Source: a bacterium
Lineage (GTDB): Bacteria; SM23-31
DNA: 64,000 nucleotides
Direction of reading: 5' to 3'
Assembly: GCA_965249485.1 (NCBI GenBank)
Contig: OZ252239.1
Location: 3,264,001 to 3,328,000 of the forward strand
In this document: piece by piece, positions 18,471 through 27,900 of the stretch
Layout of the letters: each line of letters begins with the position of its first letter
How positions within the stretch are numbered: the first letter of the stretch is position 1
Translations under genes and position numbers: made by a program
The notes under the pieces: model-generated
What the model was told of the DNA's origin: nothing
Databases searched by the model: none
What the model saw: only the letters and a program-made list of their open reading frames with translations

Positions 18471-20980
18471 GCCACCTCCTGCTTTAACTTATTATAGTTC
18501 TCCTCATTAAACTCTATCATCTCTCCTAAATTTAGCCCCATCTCTATGTCAGCAGGAATGACAAACCCTTCACCCTCTACTACAATCGGGGTCTCTAAAC
18601 TCTTCAAAGTGTCATCCATAGTTTCCTTCCAATAACTCCAAGGCATATCGAAGGAGATTTGATTAACCATACTGTCATGGACTTGATTCAGACACTCTAC
18701 AAACTGGTAGAGTTCTTGATTCTCCCATTGGTGTATGATACCTCTCCTATTTATGATAGCAGGAACCATACTTTGAGGGATTGTAGCATAGGCACTCTTG
18801 AGTACTCTTGTTGGACTATCCATGAATCGCCTTGTAAAGCCGAAGAAGTTAGTTATAGAACGGTCTTTCCAGAGCTTACGGCTTATCCATTTGTAGTATC
18901 TCTTAATCCCTGGATAGAGATTGTGGAAGGCATCTACAATACGCTTAGCCTCTTTGTAAGAAAGCTCATACTCATGGGCAAACAAGATATATCCCATACC
19001 ATAGTTAAGAGCATGGTTCGCTTTCTTTCCCCAAAACCTCTCAGAATAAGAGCCACTACCTAGAGATGAAGAGCCTTCCTTTCGAGAAATCTCTTCATAA
19101 GGCTTGTTAAATATAGCTGAGGCAGTGAGACTATGAAGGTCTGTGCCATCTCGGAAGGCATTCCACATCTTAGAGTCATCAAGAAAGTGGTGTAGAATGA
19201 ATGCAATAATCATATTCTCAGCTTGTCTAAGGTCAATGTTAATCAGACCACAGTTTTCATCTGCTATAAGGTATTTCTTGATGTCGAATTTGTATTCCTC
19301 TGGAGTATCCGGCTTATAGGTATAAGGATGAGGAAGCGTTTGCATATTGCAACCAGTGTCATAGACAAAGTTCTTACCTGAGGACAGCCTCAAAGTCTCA
19401 GTCCCAACAGGATTAAAGAAACATCTCATTCTACCATCAAGAGTTTTAGCTTTATAATAAGTAGAGTTGAGCTTCGAGAACTTCCTAAATTCAAGGAGAG
19501 GTCTAGCTTCTTCATAGCCTTTGGCAAGTATCTTCTTAAGAGCCTCTTCGTTAGTGGTCGGTCTCTTTGAAGTTTTGTCTCTGATGATAGGTTTGACTTT
19601 GAGGACATTGTAAAAGTAGTCAATCATTTGAGGAGCAGAAGCTATATTGAGGTCTCGCCCTGCAATTTCAATGAACTCCTGCTCCTTCTGTTCACACAAG
19701 TCATCCAACCTTTGACTCTCTTCCTTCCTACCTTCCTCATCTACTTTGAATCCCCTCTCCTGCATGTACATAAGTGGGTGTACTAGCTTTTTAGTCCAGT
19801 TGTAGGTCTCCTTATTACTGAGTTTGTCTAAGTATTTCTTCTGTTTAGGGAGAGCTATGGCAGTAGCTATACCATCCATCCCATTGTAACGCCAAAAGTC
19901 TTCATATTTTCCACCAATACGGAGGTATGTTTTTCCTTCTGCTTTGTAGTAAGGTTCACCTTCACCATACATTGAGAGGATGAAGTCTAATCCTTTTGGA
20001 AAGTCGGGGTAGATAATACCCTGAGCTATCATTGTGTCATCAAAGGAGTTAGTAACTATACCGTATTTGTTGTAGAGGAAACCCATATCGAAGATGAAGT
20101 TTTGACCGACCTTGGTGATTTCAGGATTAGCCATTATCTCCGCTATCTTAAGCATAATGTCATACTCCTCTTGTGCAGTAAAGACGTTCCTCATGTGTGC
20201 AAAGAAGGGTATGACCTTACAGTTAAGATGGTCGGTTCCAAAGCAGAGACAGTTCAACTCCCTGTTCACTATCTCTATGTCGAAGAAGACCTCCTTTTTA
20301 GTGGAAATCTCTTCAAGCCAAAGACTGACTTGCGTGGGAGTAAGGAGCCATTCAATGTTTCTAGGTACTCGGTAGAGTTTTGGAGTGAGGGATTCTGCCT
20401 TTGCTCGAACTAAATCCCATGAGATAAGCCGACCGTTTAAGGGAACTCTCTCAGGGAGTGCACTAGCAGGGTGCATTGTAGGGATAACTTTTCGAGGAAC
20501 TGGTATAGGTTCAGAAGGATTCTCAGGATTAGGGAGAAACTCTTTAGAGATTTGAGCCACACCTTCAAGGATAGAACCTCTTTGTTTTGTAATAGGGTGT
20601 TTGCGAGTCAGAGCATAGAGTGGTATAGCACCGAAGGCCACAATGACGTTAGCATTACATTCTCTGATAGTTTTATAAAGCTTCCTCTCATACTCATCAT
20701 ATTCAGGAGAAGTCTTAGCATTGCCGTAGTTAGAGATTTTTATAAATGGGTCTATGTTATTATGGTGAGGTCGTTCTAGAACCACATTCCCTAGATAGAC
20801 CTTGGAGCGTAGGATTCCTGCTGAGGGGAGGAGTTTATCTAAAAGCTTTCCGGCTTTACCTGTAAAAGGTATTCCTCTCTGTTCCTCCACTCGTCCGGGT
20901 GCTTCCCCTACCATTGCTATAAGAGAGTCAGGGGAACCTATGAAAGGGACTTGGGTTTTGGGTATGATTAGTTCGGTCAA
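18467..20980 (-). CDS. Family A DNA polymerase with N-terminal uracil-DNA glycosylase (family 4-like) and 3'-5' exonuclease domains
   Basis: UDG motifs GEAPG..E...G.PF.G.AG and PTMHPAS. Exonuclease motifs FDIE, GQNFIFD, YNGMD. Polymerase motifs A DLRQAE, B KKANHALNYG, C VHDS. Confidence 0.92.
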   Translation of the reverse strand: MTELIIPKTQVPFIGSPDSLIAMVGEAPGRVEEQRGIPFTGKAGKLLDKLLPSAGILRSKVYLGNVVLERPHHNNIDPFIKISNYGNAKTSPEYDEYERKLYKTIRECNANVIVAFGAIPLYALTRKHPITKQRGSILEGVAQISKEFLPNPENPSEPIPVPRKVIPTMHPASALPERVPLNGRLISWDLVRAKAESLTPKLYRVPRNIEWLLTPTQVSLWLEEISTKKEVFFDIEIVNRELNCLCFGTDHLNCKVIPFFAHMRNVFTAQEEYDIMLKIAEIMANPEITKVGQNFIFDMGFLYNKYGIVTNSFDDTMIAQGIIYPDFPKGLDFILSMYGEGEPYYKAEGKTYLRIGGKYEDFWRYNGMDGIATAIALPKQKKYLDKLSNKETYNWTKKLVHPLMYMQERGFKVDEEGRKEESQRLDDLCEQKEQEFIEIAGRDLNIASAPQMIDYFYNVLKVKPIIRDKTSKRPTTNEEALKKILAKGYEEARPLLEFRKFSKLNSTYYKAKTLDGRMRCFFNPVGTETLRLSSGKNFVYDTGCNMQTLPHPYTYKPDTPEEYKFDIKKYLIADENCGLINIDLRQAENMIIAFILHHFLDDSKMWNAFRDGTDLHSLTASAIFNKPYEEISRKEGSSSLGSGSYSERFWGKKANHALNYGMGYILFAHEYELSYKEAKRIVDAFHNLYPGIKRYYKWISRKLWKDRSITNFFGFTRRFMDSPTRVLKSAYATIPQSMVPAIINRRGIIHQWENQELYQFVECLNQVHDSMVNQISFDMPWSYWKETMDDTLKSLETPIVVEGEGFVIPADIEMGLNLGEMIEFNEENYNKLKQEVA

Positions 20981-21303
20981 GTAATGATGCCTCTCTCTTG
21001 AAGGAGTTTTCTATTATCTCTTTGAGTTTCCATTTGTTCTAATCTGTATTCATTAACCTCTTGAGCTAGCTTGGCTATTTGGTGAAGTCTCTCAATTACA
21101 AAAGGGTCTTCTCCATCGCCACTTCCCCTTCTACTTCTTAAATCTAAATCTACCCCTGCATGTTGACTAGTACCTAGAGTCTCAGAATAGATTAATAGAT
21201 TGACTGTAGTAATATCTCCCATAGAGAATACTACTTGGTTCAGCTTTATCTTAGTGTAGCGTTGTAAAAGCTCAGTCTCTTCTTTAGTATATACTCTATT
21301 CAT
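20977..21303 (-). CDS. Phage hypothetical protein
   Basis: 108 aa, coupled to neighbours. Confidence 0.6.
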   Translation of the reverse strand: MNRVYTKEETELLQRYTKIKLNQVVFSMGDITTVNLLIYSETLGTSQHAGVDLDLRSRRGSGDGEDPFVIERLHQIAKLAQEVNEYRLEQMETQRDNRKLLQERGIIT

Positions 21304-21650
21304 CGTTCATCTCCCTCTCCTTTTATAGTTCCGTTCTCTCTTTTTTTGTCTAACTTGGCTAAGTTCTCAAGAGCTACTGCCGTTAAAGGAATACCTAATC
21401 CATAGGCACAGGCATTCACATACCAGAGAATGTCACCGAGTTCCTTTATGAGGAGTGCGGTAGGAAGTCGGTCATAGTCTTGTCTCATTATCTTCTTGAC
21501 TTTATTAGCCATCTCACCACACTCTCCCATGAGAGCAATAGCGGTATAAATAAGTCCTATAGGACTGTCATCATCCCTAGGATAAACTGCTGTTTTCTGA
21601 GCCTCCTTCGAGTAGTCCTCGAAGGTGAGGTCTCTAGGTTTTTTGCTCAT
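21300..21650 (-). CDS. MazG-like nucleotide pyrophosphohydrolase
   Basis: GECGE..NKVKK..R, ELGDILWY, NLAKL..R...G.G.GD.R motifs. Confidence 0.88.
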   Translation of the reverse strand: MSKKPRDLTFEDYSKEAQKTAVYPRDDDSPIGLIYTAIALMGECGEMANKVKKIMRQDYDRLPTALLIKELGDILWYVNACAYGLGIPLTAVALENLAKLDKKRENGTIKGEGDER

Positions 21651-21664
21651 CTCTTTCTCCTTTT

Positions 21665-22860
21665 TTAGTCTACTCTTACAATGATATAATCACCATAGGA
21701 CTCTCTTATGTCCTCGAAAGGTGTGTTATAAACATAATTTCTATTAAGGTTGAGTCCACAGAGGAAACAGGTAAACTTCTCATCAGTATCTATAAAGACA
21801 TGCCTCTTAGTAGGGAGTTCATCATAAGACATTATCTTAGCCATATTAGCTCTAACACATTCCTGAGCCTTTATCACAACTCTCCCTTATCCATTTTCTC
21901 TAAAATCATCTCTGCTTGTTCTGGAGTGAGCTTATCAAGCATGTCTTCTATCTCGAACTTTTTAGTTATCTTTTGCTTCAAGCTCTTTGATTTAGTTGAC
22001 TTCTTGCTAATCAATCTAGAGGCACGGATTCCCTCTATAACAGAAAGAGCCTCTTCTCTCGGAACAGAAAGGAAGTTCTTTTTAATGTCCTTTAAAGTTG
22101 ACATTCTCTTATTGTTTAAACCCTATGACGAGTTTCCCTCGAAGAGCTTGCCCTATTACTTCTTCTCGCCCAAACTTATCCATCCCTTCAAAGAGAGCTT
22201 CACAGAGACTATTCAAAACTTCTTGTCTAATCCCTCTAGAGAGATACTCTTTGAGTTTCTTCGTCATCTCTGGAGTACAATTAATTGAGATTCGGTCTCG
22301 CTGTGCCATCCAACTTATCCCCTGTTGTTTTGTCTTCTACTAAGTTTATTTGAACTGAGAAGATATAAGTCTTCTCTAATCCCCCCTTGAACTGTTTTGT
22401 ATAAGGTAGGTGGACTTTACCAATGTGGTTGAATAGCTTTCTTATCTCTGAGACTGATAGTACCTCAAGCCAAGGTGGTATCTGGAGTTCCTCAGGATAG
22501 GAGAGACCGTTCTCTTCACTGAACTTAACTCTTCCAAAGACAGAGATGGTCTTGAGTGTTATAGCTTGTTCAGCTAAGATGTGAACCTTGAACTTGTACT
22601 TAGACTTTGACATTCTCTTTCTCCTCTTGCTCAAATTTCTTCATAATAACCTTCAATCCTTTTACTCCAGTATTATCCTTTCTAAGTAGAGCATAGTACA
22701 TTACATTAGATACAGCAGTTTGGAACTCAGGATTTATCTCTTGAGGAATTATCGTAGTAGAGTAAATTCCCCACCCCATAAAGGTGAAGTTATTAAGCTT
22801 ATCTTCAAAAGAGTGTTTATTTTCCTCTACAAGAACTTTGTACTCTGTTGTGTGTGGCAT
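21665..22860 (-). CDS. Five small phage hypothetical genes (21665-21877, 21874-22104, 22109-22309 possibly ribbon-helix-helix, 22281-22634, 22600-22860)
   Basis: Tightly packed co-oriented ORFs with purine-rich RBSs. Confidence 0.6.
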
Positions 22861-22897
22861 CTTATCCTTCTTCTAATAAAGCTTTGTTCTCTCCTTT

Positions 22898-23002
22898 TTA
22901 GGTTATAGAGTTACAAATAACCATTCCCAAAACTACTACAACTGTCAAGGCTCATCCTATACCTATTAGCAACCAAGTTATATAACGATGGTCTGGATTC
23001 AC
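22898..23002 (-). pseudogene. Small membrane peptide gene with in-frame TGA
   Basis: AGGAGG RBS and GTG start; reads MNPDHRYITWLLIGIG*ALTVVVVLGMVICNSIT; TGA at 22952-22954. Confidence 0.4.
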
Positions 23003-23025
23003 TTCTCCTCCTAAAGAACAAGCCC

Positions 23026-23119
23026 CATGAGCTACAGTAGTCTATCACTCAAGAAAAGGTTGTGAACGGAGGCTGGTTACACCCTCGTAGTGACTACTCC
23101 CCTGTAAGTCTTGCTCATG
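23026..23119 (-). ncRNA. Candidate structured RNA / cis-element
   Basis: Nested inverted repeats CATGAGC/GCTCATG and AGTAGTC/GACTACT plus inner stems. Confidence 0.35.
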
Positions 23120-23988
23120 TTTTGTGTAGTTTAGTTTTTCCTTGTTGTACCTTCTTGTGTAGCTTTGCGTTTTTAGCTTGCCCTTTTCTAGACTGTAGTC
23201 CATAGCTATGTGGTTTATAGTTTTGGTCTGAGAGATAGTCTACTAAGGCATCCCATATAGTAATGACAGGGAGCTTTGCAACTCTATCTGCACCATCAAA
23301 TATAGTTATATAACCTTCCTTGATAGCTACGTCTGTGACCTTTCCTTTGGAGTCTATGTAGACTAGGGATTTTTTAGTCATCTAGAGGAATCCCCTCTTT
23401 ACCATCATATATAAAAGTCTCACTAGTTAAGAGTTTTCTTATATGCTCTGTATGCTTAGTTATAAGAAAATTAATACACCCTTGTAAACCCTCAACCATC
23501 TCTCCAGTAACTACACTAGTCTCAGTATATATAGAAAGGGTTACTTGAGTTGAAGCATTGACCAACTTAGGTATAGCAGTTGGAGTCGTTAGACAAATGG
23601 CTAGTGCTTTGATTGCATCTCTACGCTTCACTTAATAACTCCTTCTCTATCTTCTTAAAGTTATCTCTTAACTTATCAAGCATGGTAGCTCTAACTTCAA
23701 AAGTAGAACATATACTAGTCCAGACTATCTCAGGGAATAGCAGTACCCACTGCCAGTGTACCCATAGATAGCCTTTTATGTATAGTAATTGTAGCTTGAG
23801 CATTAGTATCTTCCTCTAGGAAATATTACTAACTTCCCTGTTTTATTATCTCTCATAGCTCTAAACATAGCTTCATGGTGAGCAGTATCTAAAGGATGAC
23901 CTAACGATATATCTTTACACCACCTACTAAAGTCATTTCTTAGGCACTCTAGATACTCTCTATTTGTATTAATGTTATTATCAAACAT
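23115..23988 (-). CDS. Four small phage hypothetical genes (23115-23381, 23374-23631, 23621-23803, 23803-23988)
   Basis: Overlapping/coupled ORFs. 23374-23631 begins with a Tat-like MKRRDAIK. Confidence 0.55.
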
Positions 23989-24084
23989 AGTAGTGAGAGC
24001 AGGACTCGAACCTGCAACCTTTCAATCCCATAATGTTTAGACTCATCTCTAGTTCCCTCGATTTGCCATTAAGCTACGAGAGAC
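23989..24084 (-). pseudogene. Degenerate tRNA remnant(s)
   Basis: Perfect T-arm GCAGG-TTCGAGT-CCTGC (24015-23999) and D-loop-like TAGCTTAATGGCAAA (24076-24062); no full cloverleaf. Confidence 0.55.
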
Positions 24085-24095
24085 GTACTTGAACC

Positions 24096-24524
24096 TTATT
24101 GTCCTAGATTAACTACTACACCTTTCTGCTTTCTAACAGCTTCTAGAATGGGTAAGTTTGCTTCTGTAGGTATATAGATAACTTCACTAGAACCATCATG
24201 TAATCCATTTATCCAGAGATACCTGAGGTAAGCTTCATTCCCTTTTAAGGATTCTCCAATAATAGCATTTGCCTCTGCTACTCCTTGTGCCCTTATAACT
24301 TCTGCCTGTTTATAGAACTCAGCAGACTCTAGCACTGCTCTAGCCTCTTCTACCGCTATCTGTTTCTCAAACTCAGCTTGTCTTAAACGTGATTCTCCGG
24401 CAAGAGTCCTTGAATAGATATTGTATTGAGGACAGCCCCACATTCCTAAAGGGATGGAGAGAACAGCTATCACTAAAAGAGTCCGCATTACTATCTTACC
24501 AAAAGCACGAGTATTATTGTACAT
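24096..24524 (-). CDS. Membrane protein, SPFH/stomatin-like C-terminal family
   Basis: TM helix, coiled coil EVIRAQGVAEANAIIG.SL, YLRYLWI and VIYIPTEANLPILEA. Confidence 0.7.
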   Translation of the reverse strand: MYNNTRAFGKIVMRTLLVIAVLSIPLGMWGCPQYNIYSRTLAGESRLRQAEFEKQIAVEEARAVLESAEFYKQAEVIRAQGVAEANAIIGESLKGNEAYLRYLWINGLHDGSSEVIYIPTEANLPILEAVRKQKGVVVNLGQ

Positions 24525-24554
24525 CTCTTACCTCCTTTTTAGTATAGACAGTTA

Positions 24555-24605
24555 GGGGAGTTGCTGAGTTGAGCAAGGAGGTTCAACTACTTACACAATC
24601 TCCCC
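24555..24605 (-). promoter_or_regulatory. Hairpin with anti-Shine-Dalgarno loop
   Basis: Stems GGGGAG/CTCCCC and AGTTGA/TCAACT enclose loop ACCTCCTTGC, complementary to RBS AAGGAGGT at 24537-24530. Confidence 0.5.
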
Positions 24606-24629
24606 CTTCCTGCCTTTTACTTAAACCTC

Positions 24630-25061
24630 CTAACTAGCTTTCTTACTTTTCCCTTGACCGAGGAATTTCCGTACTTTGTTCTGGTCATCATATCCTTCGG
24701 AACTCCTGACTCCTAGTACTACAAAAGTCTGGAGACCTATCCATGAGGGGAAGTCCATCTTTGAATCAGAAGAGATACCAAAAGCATCTTTGAAGGACTT
24801 GATAGCCCACTTCGCTGAGTTCCTTTGTTTCTTGGTATCCTCCTTGTTGGGAATCCAGAGTGCATGACTAAACATTCTGGAAGCTTCATCCTCAGGACAT
24901 TCCAACAAGACATCAATACGAGCAGAGGTTCCCTCTTCCTCGTCTGCTTCAACGTACTTTACCTTCACGATTTCGACAAGATGCTCATTATCGTCCTCGA
25001 TTAGAGAAGGTTCGACTGCACCCTCAACATTCAAGTCGAGGAAATCAATTTCACTACTCAT
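24630..25061 (-). CDS. Putative phage ssDNA-binding protein (DUF669-like)
   Basis: 143 aa; near the Sak4-like ATPase; ends in WIG......LGV....GY...N.V.KF pattern. Confidence 0.6.
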   Translation of the reverse strand: MSSEIDFLDLNVEGAVEPSLIEDDNEHLVEIVKVKYVEADEEEGTSARIDVLLECPEDEASRMFSHALWIPNKEDTKKQRNSAKWAIKSFKDAFGISSDSKMDFPSWIGLQTFVVLGVRSSEGYDDQNKVRKFLGQGKSKKAS

Positions 25062-25243
25062 ACATACCTCCTTAGATATTATGGTTTATGGGTGTTACGT
25101 TTACTTCTAAATGTGAGAGTTCGTAGATAGCTTCTGAGAGTCGGTTTTCTCTTACTAGGTCTTCTACTTCATCAATAGGTATAGCTTCTATATTATTATA
25201 AACAGGCTAGTCCCAATCATCTAATCCACCCTTATAAAAGAAA

Positions 25244-26116
25244 CTAACCTATTTCTTTGAACAAGTCTAGCTTAGGCAACAGAGGTAAGTCCTCATGTCT
25301 CCTTCCTGCTTTCTTGAGGATAGCTTTAATATCAGCAGGCTCTTCATCTTCCAGAATATCATCCTGAGCAAACCTACTTCCACAAGTATACTTGTTTGTA
25401 GGCTGTATCATAAAGTACCTCTCTGTTCCTTGAGAAGTTTTCCTTACTCTAATGATATAGTTCTCACTAAATACAGCAGGAACCATGTGTTTAGATTGAC
25501 CTGAGAGGAGAGGAAAGTAGCCTATAACATCTCCATCCTCATCTCTATCTACTCCAAGATGACAAGTCAACACTACATCGCAAGGAGTAGCAACTAGGTT
25601 AATCATCTCATCCCTCATAGTAGTGAGAAGGATTCCCCAATCACTCTGCCGTATTTTATCCTTCTTTCCTTGGTCGAAGTCTACGTTACGTCTCTGCTTC
25701 TTAAGTATCTGCCAGAGCATAGAGTTACCCATCAGAGTAGAGGAGTCTATGAAGAGAGTTCCAATGTTTTCAAGGATACCCGATTGGAGGAGCTTACCTT
25801 TGATGTTAATGTAGTTTTTCCAAGCTATAGGATTGTGTAAATCATCCTGTTCACAACCAGTATAGGGTAAGATGGCTCCTTCATTTTCCTGCATCCATCC
25901 TCTTACTGAATCTAGGTTGTTAGAATCAAAAGAGATGTGAAGTATAGGCTTTCGACAAGTCTTTAGAGTATAGGTCTTACCTGCCTTTGAGAAACCTATT
26001 ATCATTATATTGTTAGATTCATTGTGAGAGTCGGTCTTGAATTCTCCTTCTATAAATCGGAGAAAGTCTTCCTTCCTCTCACTCCAATTCTCCAACTTGG
26101 AAGTGTCAATGCTCAT
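25244..26116 (-). CDS. AAA_24 / Sak4-like recombination ATPase
   Basis: GFSKAGKT Walker A, LFIDSST Walker B, VVLTCH. Confidence 0.8.
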   Translation of the reverse strand: MSIDTSKLENWSERKEDFLRFIEGEFKTDSHNESNNIMIIGFSKAGKTYTLKTCRKPILHISFDSNNLDSVRGWMQENEGAILPYTGCEQDDLHNPIAWKNYINIKGKLLQSGILENIGTLFIDSSTLMGNSMLWQILKKQRRNVDFDQGKKDKIRQSDWGILLTTMRDEMINLVATPCDVVLTCHLGVDRDEDGDVIGYFPLLSGQSKHMVPAVFSENYIIRVRKTSQGTERYFMIQPTNKYTCGSRFAQDDILEDEEPADIKAILKKAGRRHEDLPLLPKLDLFKEIG

Positions 26117-26259
26117 TTCTTATTCTCCTTCCCATGTCTTACATCGTAAATAATCTGCCTTATTTCCCTTATACTATTATAGTAATCACACTGTGCTTTT
26201 AACTGTTCTAAAGTTGGTGTATTAAAAAACTCATTCTTTACCATTTCCTTCTTTACCAT
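26113..26259 (-). CDS. Small phage protein (48 aa, below the ORF-track cutoff)
   Basis: MVKKEMVKNEFFNTPTLEQLKAQ...; ATGA-coupled to the ATPase; start lies in a 15-bp tandem repeat. Confidence 0.5.
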   Translation of the reverse strand: MVKKEMVKNEFFNTPTLEQLKAQCDYYNSIREIRQIIYDVRHGKENKK

Positions 26260-27697
26260 TTCCTTCTCCTATCAAATCTAATACTCCTCTGAGGAGTACA
26301 AGGAATAGTATAGTTAACTCAGAGGATATGACTATCTTTGTTAGGGCATCTTCTCTTACACCGTCATAGAATACATTTGCTACGATTATTCCTAAAATGA
26401 GGAACACAACAAACACTCCATTAGAGAGAAGTAATAGAAATCCTACAGTCTTGAGAGCTTCTTTAAATCTACCTTTCATGTTAGCCTCCATTGATTTGTG
26501 AAAGTAAAAGCATTATCAGAATTAGAAGCATAAGTATGACCGTTAGTTCCCTTTTTAGTTTTCCTCAGGGAGGTCGGGGAGCTTTCCCTTCAATTCCTTT
26601 GCATGAGTCTGTCGCCATTTCTTCATAGCTGTGAGTTGTCTCTTGACTGACTTCTCCATCTCGAAGAGACCCTTTTCTTTGAGGAGCTTACGATAAGCGT
26701 CTATAGCCTCGTAGGCTAGAGGGTCTTGTGCTCGAAAGAGGAAGACTGGTTCATCCTCTGGTATGATCTTTTGGTTATGAAGGACATAGTGATAACCTAA
26801 TACCTCATTGTAATCATCTCTTCCAAAGTCCATATTACTCTCCTTTCTTAAATTAAACAGGCAAGTCTCTCTCTCTTAACCACTTATAGCTGTAGTCCTC
26901 AAAGTGTCCTGCCTTCATTATAGCTCTTGCTGTGTAGTTGATTACACTATTACTTTTGTGTACTAAATATTTAATATCTAACTCTTTGAGCTTTCTTTCA
27001 TCTACTTTTGTTATAACCTTTCTTCTTTTATAAGCTTTTGCTTGACTTTCTTCTCTTGATAGTAAGTCTCTGCCAATGGCTAAATAGTGTAGAGTATTTT
27101 TAGTGTTGTTCTGTTTAGCTATAAATAATTGTAATCTAATTGGATTCATCTCTTTATAAGATTGACAACCTATAGCTATTACTTCCTTAATGTCATCTTC
27201 AATTAATCCACCTATTACATTAACCTTATCCTTATAATCTTCTAAGGTCATAGCTTAGTCTCTTTCCATCTCACTTAAAGGGATTTCTCTATCTTTGACT
27301 ACAATACCTTCGTTCATTACAGATACAGGTCGGTCATCGTAGTCCTCAGGCTCTCCATAATTAAAGGCAGACCTCATCCTTCTTAGGTCTTTGGAGGTAG
27401 TCATCCATTCATCTAAGTCCTCAGCCTTGACATATTTACCATTAACTATCTTGCCTACAAGGTTTCTTTGATTGGAGACATTCTTGAGACGTTTGTAGTG
27501 TTTCATTTTTGCCTTTCTAAGAGTCCTATACATAGACCTAGAGTCACTCCTACATAGAGTACTATACAAACTAGACTAAGCCATAGAGAGTGGAGTTTCC
27601 AGATAGTAATCAGAAGCCAGAAACTTCCACCTATTATGGTAGCAAAGCAAGTTACTATTGTAAGGGTTATGCCTATATATGTTAGGAAGTGTTTCAT
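26231..27697 (-). CDS. Five small phage hypothetical genes (26231-26491 membrane, 26555-26833, 26853-27251, 27255-27569, 27503-27697 membrane)
   Basis: Co-oriented ORFs. 26555-26833 has the common phage IPEDEPVFLFRAQD motif. Confidence 0.6.
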
Positions 27698-27900
27698 TTA
27701 GAGTGTCTCTTACATTTGACTATACAATCTAACTGATGCTCTCCTGTACTCTAAAAAGTCCAACCAAAGTCCTCAGCTTTCCTAAGACAAGAGTCAAAGT
27801 CTGCTCCTGTAGTCTTAAAGTTGTTTTTACAACCAGTGTTCTTACTTCCATTATCATCACACCATACCTAAAAGGTATAGAAGGCATTATATATACTCAC
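27694..27900 (-). CDS. Small Cys-rich phage protein with two in-frame TAG codons
   Basis: AGGAGG RBS, GTGA and ATGA coupling at both ends, protein-like throughout; TAGs at 27868-27870 and 27751-27753. Confidence 0.6.

Noticed and set aside
23090..23115. yybP-ykoY (Mn) riboswitch suggested by GGGGAGTAG and GCAAGAC words
   Set aside because: The words are in the wrong order for the family and no metal-related gene follows.
24030..24050. Amber-suppressor (CUA) anticodon in the tRNA-like remnant (GATG-AGTCTAAA-CATT on the - strand)
   Set aside because: Only a 4-bp stem with an 8-nt loop, wrong spacing to the D and T arms and no proper acceptor stem; it cannot be called a functional tRNA.
26235..26266. 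15-bp tandem repeat CTTTACCATTTCCTT x2 as a regulatory array
   Set aside because: Only two copies, at a gene overlap; best explained as a local slippage duplication.
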